Positions 56,002 to 64,000 of a DNA stretch of 64,000 nt are shown here, one piece after another. Source of the stretch: Patescibacteria group bacterium (GTDB taxonomy: Bacteria > Patescibacteriota > Minisyncoccia > Phycocordibacterales > CAIZLB01). How positions within the stretch are numbered: position 1 is the first letter of the stretch; each line of letters begins with the position of its first letter. The DNA is taken from the NCBI GenBank assembly GCA_040386515.1, contig JAZKFG010000002.1, positions 15,074-79,073 of the forward strand. Direction: 5' to 3'. A program made the position numbers and the translations under genes. The notes under the pieces are model-generated. The model was given only the letters and a program-made list of their open reading frames with translations, did no database searches and was not told where the DNA came from.

Positions 56002-57273
56002 TTATATTTCCTTAACTGTATACTCTTTGTTCTTCACTTCATTTTCACCAATCATAACAATGTTTTTTACAGAAAGCTTTTTTGCATATGTAACAATGTC
56101 GCCTGACTTTCTGCTCGTATATAGTACAGCAACTTTTTTATTATCATCTCTAAGTGTTTGAGCAACTTCGTCTGCATAATTTAAAGTATTCTCATCCTCA
56201 TCGAGGACTGCAACTAATATGTCTGTTTCAGATGCATATGCAGGAATCAGATCACGTGACTCAAGAAAGTTAAGCATAGGAACATCACCAATGCCAAAAC
56301 CAATTCCAGAAATTGTTGCTTCATCTGTTGCTCCTTCAAAAATATCAATTAAATTATCATATCGTCCTCCACCAAATAGGGCACGGTTGTTTTTTGTATC
56401 TGTGTCAAATACTTCAAATACAAGGCCTGTATAATAGTCTAATCCTCGAACTGTATTCTCATCGAAAATAATATTTGTGATTCCTGCATTTTTACACAAT
56501 TCAATAGTATTAGTTACCATATCAAGTGATTCTTTGATTGATGGAATTGCACGAAGAGTTTCAAGATCAAGTTCTTCTCGAATATCGATTAAGTCTTTTA
56601 CTTCATCAATTCCAGCTTCGTCACAAATGTTGTAATACTCAGCGATAAACTCATCGCCGGAAATCTTATTTCTTTTGTCTGTAAGCTTCTGGAAAGCAAG
56701 TGCATATTCTCCAGTTAGTCCATAATAATCTGTATACAACTTTTCAAGAAAAGCTCGAGAATTTATGTGTATTGTATAATCTAAGTCTGTAGCACCAAAA
56801 CCTTTCATGATTCGAGCAACAAGCTGTAAGATTTCTACGTCATATCGAATGCTTGGTTTTTTTGTAAGCAAGTCAACATTGAGCTGCCAAAATTCTCGTA
56901 GTCTACCTCGCTGTGGCCTTTCATATCTAAAACAATTAGGGATAGAGAAAAGGCGAAGAGGGAAAGGAAGCTCTCTTTTTTTTGCTGCCACCATTCGAGC
57001 AAGTGACGGAGTCATTTCTGGTCGCAAAGTGACTTGTCTATCTCCTCTGTCGGTAAACGTATATGTTTGCTCATTTACAAGTTCTTGGCCTGATTTTGCA
57101 TGATAAATCTCAGTGTTTTCAAGTATAGAAGCATTGTATTCCTCATATCCAAAACTATGCACGGCCTGTTTCCATGTATCAAAAATGTATTGCTGAACAT
57201 ATTGCTCTTCAGGGTAAAAGTCACGTACTCCTTTATAGCTCTCAGTTGATAGTTTCTTAGTAGATTCTTTCAT
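56002..57273 (-). CDS. hisS: histidyl-tRNA synthetase
   Basis: GVRDFYPEE N-terminal signature, class II motifs, C-terminal anticodon-binding domain. Confidence 0.85.
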   Translation of the reverse strand: MKESTKKLSTESYKGVRDFYPEEQYVQQYIFDTWKQAVHSFGYEEYNASILENTEIYHAKSGQELVNEQTYTFTDRGDRQVTLRPEMTPSLARMVAAKKRELPFPLRLFSIPNCFRYERPQRGRLREFWQLNVDLLTKKPSIRYDVEILQLVARIMKGFGATDLDYTIHINSRAFLEKLYTDYYGLTGEYALAFQKLTDKRNKISGDEFIAEYYNICDEAGIDEVKDLIDIREELDLETLRAIPSIKESLDMVTNTIELCKNAGITNIIFDENTVRGLDYYTGLVFEVFDTDTKNNRALFGGGRYDNLIDIFEGATDEATISGIGFGIGDVPMLNFLESRDLIPAYASETDILVAVLDEDENTLNYADEVAQTLRDDNKKVAVLYTSRKSGDIVTYAKKLSVKNIVMIGENEVKNKEYTVKEI

Positions 57274-57395
57274 GGATTATATATAGCATATTTGAGGTGA
57301 TTTGTGGTAAAGATTGGCTTTTCTTTAACTTGTCTTTATCTTTAGCATATTATTCCTTTTAAAATACGTTATCGGACAAATGTTTAAGTATAGGG

Positions 57396-58520
57396 GTGAA
57401 CAAAACCTTATACCAAAAAGACATACATATTTTTATAAGCTCGATCATTGAGAAGGCTATTATTATGAATGCTTCAGATATTCATATTGATCCAAAAGAT
57501 ACGTATGTAAATATAAGACTGCGCATTTCAGGTGTACTGCATGACAGTGGGACTTTAGAATTAGAGTATTTAGACGTTTGTATTGGAAAAATAAAAGTTT
57601 TAGCGGAACTTCGATCCGATGTGCATGATAGAACTCAAGACGGAAGATTTTATTATGTCTCATCTTCGACTGAAGAGAGAATAGATATTCGGGTTTCTAT
57701 AGCTCCTACTTTTTATGGTGAGAATTGTGTTATGAGATTGCTTCGTCCGGAACTTTTGCGATACAGGACTTTTTTAGAACTCGGCATGACTCCAGAACAA
57801 ACAGAGAAATACACTCATTCACTTAAAAAAAGTTCTGGGCTTATTATTGTTGCAGGGCCAACAGGTTCAGGGAAGACGAGTACTCTTTACACAACGCTTA
57901 GATATTTAAGTCGTGGAGTAAATGTAAATCATTCATTTGCTGACGAACTTGATACGGAAAGAAATATTGTAACTATTGAAGATCCTGTGGAATCAGCTGT
58001 GCCAAGTATTCGACAAATACAAGTACATCCAGATAAAGGATTTGGATTTAAGGAAGCACTACGAGGAATTCTTAGACAAGATCCTGATGTAGTTATGATT
58101 GGTGAGATAAGAGATAAAGAAACGGCTGTTGCTGCAATACAAACTGCGCTCACTGGTCATCTAGTGCTATCGACAATACATGCACCAAATGCTGCGTCAA
58201 TTATTCCTCGTCTAATTGATATGGGTATTGAACCATATATGCTGTCATCATCAATAACTATGATATTGAGCCAGCGTTTGATTAGAATATTTGATTATCA
58301 ATTGGGACTATATGGAGAACGAAAAGGTGTGTTTGAAATAGTTCCGATTGATACTGCAATACGAGAAATGATTCATAAGAAAAAGACACCGTATGAAATA
58401 GAACAGCACTTATCCCGCGCAGGACATGTCTTACTTCGGGATGCTTGTGAGGATATGTATATTCGCCATGTCACAACTGAAGAAGAAATTAATCGCATAT
58501 CACTTGACTTATATTCATGA
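57396..58520 (+). CDS. type IV pilus ATPase (PilB/PilT family, short form)
   Basis: N-terminal ASDIHIDP, Walker A GPTGSGKTST, and AIQTALTGHLVLSTIHAPNAASIIPRLIDMG. ORF track start is GTG 57396; the ATG at 57465 is an alternative start. Confidence 0.75.
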   Translation: MNKTLYQKDIHIFISSIIEKAIIMNASDIHIDPKDTYVNIRLRISGVLHDSGTLELEYLDVCIGKIKVLAELRSDVHDRTQDGRFYYVSSSTEERIDIRVSIAPTFYGENCVMRLLRPELLRYRTFLELGMTPEQTEKYTHSLKKSSGLIIVAGPTGSGKTSTLYTTLRYLSRGVNVNHSFADELDTERNIVTIEDPVESAVPSIRQIQVHPDKGFGFKEALRGILRQDPDVVMIGEIRDKETAVAAIQTALTGHLVLSTIHAPNAASIIPRLIDMGIEPYMLSSSITMILSQRLIRIFDYQLGLYGERKGVFEIVPIDTAIREMIHKKKTPYEIEQHLSRAGHVLLRDACEDMYIRHVTTEEEINRISLDLYS

Positions 58521-59563
58521 AATTAAAAAATAAAGAATCCAGATCGCTCTGGTACAAAAAAATATTCTTTTATTTAAAATCAGGGCAATCTCTTTCTGAG
58601 TCTGTTCGTACTGCTGCGACTGATACAGATATGATGTATATTCACGAAGAATTGCTTGATGGAACTAGATTTTCTGATGTGTGTGCAATGCCTGAAATGC
58701 AGGGAGTATTTACCAATACTGAAATATCTTTGCTTAAAGTTGCTGAGCAAACGGGAACAATGCAATCGGTTTGTGGAGTATTAAGCGGCATGCTTAAAAA
58801 TCAGCATCAACAATCACAAAAGTTAATTGCTGCACTTATTTATCCAATATTAGTTTTATGTATGGCAGTACTTTTGCTGCTTATGATATTGATTGTGATT
58901 GTGCCGAAAATAGGACCACTGTTTTCATCTATGAAATCAATGCCAATTACTACAAAGATTTTGATTGCACTGAGTAATCACGTTGTCGGATTGTGGTATG
59001 TCGATATAAGTATTTTAGCTGTAAGCATTGCTGCGGTATTTTATATAAAAACTAAAACTCAATATTTTGCATATATTCAAAAATATATGCAGTATATATG
59101 CATTCGCACACCGTATCTAAAAGAAGTGTATTTATATTGGTTTATTGAGCGATGGATACAGGTAACGCATTTATCACTTCAGAGTAAAGTATCATTGGTT
59201 CAATCTTTAGGATTTGCTCATGAGGCGGTAACAAATTCATATCTCCAAAAACAATTTACAAAAGTGACTGATTCTGTGCGAGCGGGGAACACTTGTGCAG
59301 AAGCGCTTGGGACAATAGACCTAATTCTTAAAAATAAATTAAAAGACTGGGCGTCAGTAATTTCCTCAGGTGAAAAAACAGGAACACTTCAAGAAGTATT
59401 TGAAGTAAGTCATGAGCATATTGCAGAAAATCTCAAAGAATCATTTGATAGGTTTCAAAAGGTAATAGAGCCACTTCTTATTATTTTGGTTGGAGTAATG
59501 GTTCTTTGTATTTGCTTATCAATTATTTTGCCAATGTATCAATTAACACAATCAATACAATAA
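58517..59563 (+). CDS. pilC: type II secretion system F-domain platform protein (PilC-like)
   Basis: 348 aa with three TM helices and T2SSF-like repeats. Overlaps the upstream ATPase gene by 4 nt. Confidence 0.65.
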   Translation: MKLKNKESRSLWYKKIFFYLKSGQSLSESVRTAATDTDMMYIHEELLDGTRFSDVCAMPEMQGVFTNTEISLLKVAEQTGTMQSVCGVLSGMLKNQHQQSQKLIAALIYPILVLCMAVLLLLMILIVIVPKIGPLFSSMKSMPITTKILIALSNHVVGLWYVDISILAVSIAAVFYIKTKTQYFAYIQKYMQYICIRTPYLKEVYLYWFIERWIQVTHLSLQSKVSLVQSLGFAHEAVTNSYLQKQFTKVTDSVRAGNTCAEALGTIDLILKNKLKDWASVISSGEKTGTLQEVFEVSHEHIAENLKESFDRFQKVIEPLLIILVGVMVLCICLSIILPMYQLTQSIQ

Positions 59564-59565
59564 AT

Positions 59566-60759
59566 ATGAGAAACAGGGGATTTAGTTTAATAGAAATTAT
59601 TTTAGCGCTCGCGGTAGCAGTTATTGTTTTTATTTCTGTATTTCATTTTGCATCAACCTTATATATCAAAACTATTGCACAGGATAAAAATAGCAGGGAA
59701 AACTTTTCGTATTCCTATGGAGAAACGTATTGTTCCTCAAAGCAAAACATTAATTCATCAACAGTAATTCTGCACCAAACATCACCCGAAGGATTTATTT
59801 CAACATCAACTAGGATAACGAGCATTCATGTTTTACAAAGTTTACCCATGACTCAATTGCTCATAACGAGTGATTCAGCATCAACAACAGAGGCGGATAT
59901 ATTTATTTTTAATATTAATCAAAATGACAACACTGCAGAATTGATTAGTTCAATAGATGCGGGGCCAGGAATTCAAGATTCAAAGCTTTTAGACAATTAT
60001 CTCTATATAGCAAACACAAGTGTCAATAGTCATGTCAAGTCATATTACTTAGATTTAGAGGCAACAGGAACAGCAATGTTCCAAGAATTATCAAACATAA
60101 AAATTGTTAGCCTGGCTCAAAGTTCATCACTACCGAAAAAGTTAAGTATTTTTAATAAGCAACTTATTCTTGGAAGCGAAAAAAGTAACACAGGAGGTGA
60201 GATGTTTGTGTTTCCATTTGAACAAAATGGGGCAGTGCAATTACTTTCTCATACGCAAGAATTTGATGGACAAGTAAATCAGGCACTATCTAGCTATGGA
60301 AAAATATATGTAGCTGCAGCATCTGATCCAGAGCTCCGAATTTTTGATTCGAATTTAACTCAAGAACAAACATACGATGCTCCACTAACACTTGGTAATG
60401 GCAAAAGTGTACTACATATACCGTCATACATTATTCTTGGCAGAACATTAGGCTCTGGTGAATTAAGTATTTTATCAGCAACAACATCTGTTTTAGATAT
60501 TAAAAGAACTGATGGCACAGTGGATTATTTACAGGCTATTGATGGAAGTAATCCTTTAGAGTTTTTATCAATTACGGCAAATGAAAATAAAGAGCTGCAA
60601 TTCTGGCATATTGTTGAATCTGCCTTCGGTGCCAAATTGAAACAAGACAAAACTATAGATATACCTGGCCGAGTAACCGCGTATACGTGCGCATTAAATC
60701 GCATGTATGCATTTGTATTTATTAATAATCAAGCAACACTCATATGGTTCGATTTATAA
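59566..60759 (+). CDS. large pseudopilin (prepilin-type N-terminal methylation domain)
   Basis: MRNRGFSLIEIILALAVAVIVF is a class III signal. About 398 aa. ATG at 59566 within ORF 59506..60759. Confidence 0.65.
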   Translation: MRNRGFSLIEIILALAVAVIVFISVFHFASTLYIKTIAQDKNSRENFSYSYGETYCSSKQNINSSTVILHQTSPEGFISTSTRITSIHVLQSLPMTQLLITSDSASTTEADIFIFNINQNDNTAELISSIDAGPGIQDSKLLDNYLYIANTSVNSHVKSYYLDLEATGTAMFQELSNIKIVSLAQSSSLPKKLSIFNKQLILGSEKSNTGGEMFVFPFEQNGAVQLLSHTQEFDGQVNQALSSYGKIYVAAASDPELRIFDSNLTQEQTYDAPLTLGNGKSVLHIPSYIILGRTLGSGELSILSATTSVLDIKRTDGTVDYLQAIDGSNPLEFLSITANENKELQFWHIVESAFGAKLKQDKTIDIPGRVTAYTCALNRMYAFVFINNQATLIWFDL

Positions 60760-61244
60760 AACATAAAAAATATTCAAAAGGGATTACCCTTATCGAACTC
60801 GTGCTATATATGGGGCTGTTCACTATACTTATTTCAGGAGTACTGTACTCTGCCTTATATCTCGAAGAAATAATCGAATACAATTCATTTGAATATAAAG
60901 CGAGAGAAAATATATATAGGCAATTAGAGTTATTGCAACACTACACGATTATTGCTCAGCATATAGAAATAGGATCAAGCAGTATTCGTATGCAAATAGA
61001 AAAGGGTAGTATAATTCAAGAATTACGAGAAGGAAAACTGTACATGAAATATGAATACATTGATATGCCGATGAAAGAATTTTTAGTATATCCCTATGCA
61101 CGATTTATTGATTTTTCATTTACAAAATCCACCTCATCAGAAACTCTTTCTGCTAAAACTGAACTCAAAGTGCATATCGATAGGCAAGATACAAAAGGAA
61201 GACACAAATTTATAGATGAATATATACTTGCGCCTAGTAGTTGA
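60744..61244 (+). CDS. pseudopilin (prepilin-type N-terminal domain)
   Basis: KGITLIELVLYMGLFTILISGV N-terminal segment. Overlaps the upstream gene by 16 nt. Confidence 0.55.
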   Translation: MVRFIKHKKYSKGITLIELVLYMGLFTILISGVLYSALYLEEIIEYNSFEYKARENIYRQLELLQHYTIIAQHIEIGSSSIRMQIEKGSIIQELREGKLYMKYEYIDMPMKEFLVYPYARFIDFSFTKSTSSETLSAKTELKVHIDRQDTKGRHKFIDEYILAPSS

Positions 61245-61276
61245 TTTTTATTCAATACCCTAGTACATATATAAAT

Positions 61277-62350
61277 ATGAATGATAAAAAGCTTTATTTT
61301 GGTCCACTTGATACCCTGCGGGTATATGCTTTTTTGATTGTATATATTTCTCATGCATATTTTAGCTTTTTTAAAGTAACCGACGGTCGGACAAAACTGC
61401 TTGCTCATGGAGAAGTAGGTGTTCATATATTCTTCGCCTTAAGTGCATTCCTGATTACATATCTTTCACTTCGCGAATACGCAAAACAAAATACTTTTTC
61501 AATAGCGCATTTTTTCAAAAAGAGAATTCTTAGAATTTGGCCAGTATATTTTATTGTTCTCATTGCAGCATATATATGGCATCTTATTGCCGCGCCTGAA
61601 CAAGCAATAGGATGTGCACCTATGTTTACATATTTTCTTGGAAACTTTTGTTTGCTCATAGGGCTTCCTGATAGTGTTGGAACTCCTGCAATAATCCCAA
61701 TGTGGTCAATATCAATTGAACAGCAATTCTACGTTGTTTTCCCACTTCTATTTTGCTTAGGTATTTGGCTTGCTAAAAGAATGCAAAAAAGATTTGTAAA
61801 AGGAATTTCATTTGCTGCACTTATTATACTTTTTATATACACACTCATTGTGCGATATGCAAATGCAGGAAATTGGGAGTATATTAGCTACACTACCGTA
61901 ACATCACTACCTGGATTTATTGCAGGAATATGTCTTGCATATGCAATGCATGCTAATGCAAAAATAATACAGCACATACGAACGTACAGGAATTTTTATA
62001 TGTTCACTGCATTAGCAGCATTCTTTGCAACATTTTATATAAAATTTTTAGGATCAATTGGCGTCGCGCTCTATATCTTGCCTGCAATATATGCAACTCT
62101 CGTGTATGTAATTCTTGGAACTAATTCAAATCAAGCAGATAAGAAAGAAGAGAATACAAATACGTTGCAATATCTCGGGCGAATCTCATATGGACTCTAT
62201 GCATACCATATGTTCGCGATTGTATTCATGCAGCACTTAGATTTGAGTGTTGGACCACTTATAGAAAGTCTAATTGCCCTAGGGATGACTGTATTTTTGG
62301 CCCATATATCATATAGATATATTGAGAAATGGTTTTTGAGTTTTAAGTAA
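61277..62350 (+). CDS. acyltransferase family 3 (OatA/OpgC-like) membrane protein
   Basis: About ten TM helices. N-terminal LDTLRVYAFLIVYISHAYF is typical of Acyl_transf_3. Confidence 0.6.
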   Translation: MNDKKLYFGPLDTLRVYAFLIVYISHAYFSFFKVTDGRTKLLAHGEVGVHIFFALSAFLITYLSLREYAKQNTFSIAHFFKKRILRIWPVYFIVLIAAYIWHLIAAPEQAIGCAPMFTYFLGNFCLLIGLPDSVGTPAIIPMWSISIEQQFYVVFPLLFCLGIWLAKRMQKRFVKGISFAALIILFIYTLIVRYANAGNWEYISYTTVTSLPGFIAGICLAYAMHANAKIIQHIRTYRNFYMFTALAAFFATFYIKFLGSIGVALYILPAIYATLVYVILGTNSNQADKKEENTNTLQYLGRISYGLYAYHMFAIVFMQHLDLSVGPLIESLIALGMTVFLAHISYRYIEKWFLSFK

Positions 62351-62378
62351 AAGTATGCTATAATGTATCGATTACGTT

Positions 62379-63626
62379 ATGATGAACTCGTTTGACTACG
62401 TTTATACCATATTTCTATTTATAGCCATATATATTCAGGTTTTTTTCCTTATTCTCTTTTTTGAGCATACAGATTCATTTAAGGATGAGCCAGAAGGCGA
62501 TATTTTTCCTTTGGAAGACTATTTGTCAGCAACCTTTTTAATTCCATGTTGGAATGAGGAGGAAACGGTGCTTAAAACTATAGAATCAGTACTCGCTCTG
62601 GATTATCCAAAGCACAAATTCCACATCATTGTGATTGATGATGGTAGTACAGATAGGACTTGGGAAATGCTGCAAAAGTATCAGGGTCATCCGCAAATAA
62701 CATTGCTTACAAAAGAGAATGGTGGAAAGCATAGTGCTCTAAACTTCGGACTGACGAAAGTTACAACAGACCTTGTTATTTCATTTGATGCTGATACAGA
62801 GATTCATGCTGATGCATTGATGAAGGCGGTTCCAAGTTTTATGAAAGATCCAAATCTAATGGCTCTCGGAGGAACAGTGCTTATTTCTAGTCCAAAAACT
62901 TTTGTTCAGAAAGCACAGGAAATTGAATATCAAATTTTTTCATTTACAAAAAAGATGCTCGGACTTGCGCAAGGAGTATTCGTTGTACCAGGAGCCTTTT
63001 CACTTTTCCGAAGGGAAGTCTTTGAAATAGTAGGTGGATATAGAAAGGCATATAACCTTGAAGATATTGAGCTTACAATGCGAATGCATACGCATGGTTT
63101 GAAAATCGACCACTCACATAATGCAATTGTAAAAACAAAAGGACCAGCCACAGTTAAAGGTTTATTTAAGCAAAGACTTCGATGGAGTCATGGATTTATT
63201 TTAAACATGATTGAATATCGAAGAATGTTCATGAATACTAAGTTTAAAAATCTTGGATTGTTTACGCTTCCTATGAGTGTCTTTACATATTTTTTGTTGT
63301 TGTTTGTGTTTAGTTATTCAGTATATAAGGTTGTTCTATCTGTGTACGAAACTATTCTTAAACTATATCTCGTAGGATTTTCAGAATTTAAATGGCCGAC
63401 AGTTGACTTCTTTTTTGTAAATACAAAAGCGTATGCTATCATGGCTTTCTTTGTGTATTTCACAATTATTACGAGTTACGTTATTGGCCGACATATTTCA
63501 GGAGTTAAAAAACACAATTTCTGGAATATTCCATACTTTATTTTTATTTTCAGTATCATTGCTCCATTTTGGGTAATGAAATCAATATACAGTTGGATTA
63601 CTGCAAAGCACGTTTCTTGGCGATAG
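62379..63626 (+). CDS. family 2 glycosyltransferase, processive (PgaC/IcaA/cellulose-synthase-like)
   Basis: IPCWNEEETV, IVIDDGSTD, FDADT and the QRLRW motif (KQRLRWSHG). N- and C-terminal TM helices. Confidence 0.7.
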   Translation: MMNSFDYVYTIFLFIAIYIQVFFLILFFEHTDSFKDEPEGDIFPLEDYLSATFLIPCWNEEETVLKTIESVLALDYPKHKFHIIVIDDGSTDRTWEMLQKYQGHPQITLLTKENGGKHSALNFGLTKVTTDLVISFDADTEIHADALMKAVPSFMKDPNLMALGGTVLISSPKTFVQKAQEIEYQIFSFTKKMLGLAQGVFVVPGAFSLFRREVFEIVGGYRKAYNLEDIELTMRMHTHGLKIDHSHNAIVKTKGPATVKGLFKQRLRWSHGFILNMIEYRRMFMNTKFKNLGLFTLPMSVFTYFLLLFVFSYSVYKVVLSVYETILKLYLVGFSEFKWPTVDFFFVNTKAYAIMAFFVYFTIITSYVIGRHISGVKKHNFWNIPYFIFIFSIIAPFWVMKSIYSWITAKHVSWR

Positions 63627-63668
63627 GAAGTGTGGATTTATTATAAATAATACGTATACTACAGATAT

Positions 63669-64000
63669 ATGAAAATAAGACGCTATATATATACTTTTGT
63701 CATCACATTGGCAATATTTTTCCTCTCACTATGGTTGAGTAATGTTTTTGGTGAAAGAAAAATTCAAACTCTTCGAGATTTAGAGAATCAAATCAGTTTG
63801 AATATTCTTTCAGTAGAAACTCGATTCTCGTTATTGCAGAAAACATCTTGTGAACATATTACAAATAACAAGGATGATAACGCTGGTTTCAACAAAGATT
63901 TGAATGACTTGGCACTCAGAGTAAAGTCTCTTGAAAATCAGCTCGGATATTACAACGAAGATGTAATGTCACTCAAGAAATATTATTCTCTTTTACAGAT
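63669..64000 (+). CDS. hypothetical membrane-anchored coiled-coil protein (3' partial at window edge)
   Basis: ATG at 63669 (MKIRRYIYTFVITLAIFFLSLWL...). Continues to the window end. Confidence 0.35.
   Translation, partial: MKIRRYIYTFVITLAIFFLSLWLSNVFGERKIQTLRDLENQISLNILSVETRFSLLQKTSCEHITNNKDDNAGFNKDLNDLALRVKSLENQLGYYNEDVMSLKKYYSLLQ

Overview
The window is low-GC (roughly 35-42% overall, by eye), gene-dense and almost entirely protein-coding, with no rRNA and no CRISPR array. Gene content points to a small-genome Patescibacteria/CPR-like bacterium, possibly Parcubacteria-like. Five minimal aminoacyl-tRNA synthetases are present (argS, ileS, glyQS, metG, hisS), along with the secE-nusG-rplK and rpsF-ssb-rpsR operons, recA, recO, ruvX, ftsK, ftsEX, rmuC, a class I aldolase and four tRNAs (Ser-TGA, Arg-TCT, Val-TAC, Leu-GAG). 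A type IV pilus apparatus is split over three loci: pilMNO, an isolated pilin, and a PilB/T ATPase with pilC and two pseudopilins. Many genes encode small secreted or membrane proteins. The most unusual feature is an isoleucyl-tRNA synthetase carrying an in-frame histidine-phosphatase (PGAM/CobC-like) domain of about 200 aa inserted in its catalytic core, plus an HMGN variant of the HIGH motif. Other notable features: an ~0.8 kb GC-rich (about 60%) single-gene lipoprotein island that has an AT-rich promoter matching the rest of this window; a structured ~170 nt leader RNA upstream of a putative major surface protein; tRNA 3'-end duplications resembling integration scars; an exact 22-nt repeat 27.6 kb apart; widespread leaderless-looking promoters; and rplA absent downstream of rplK.
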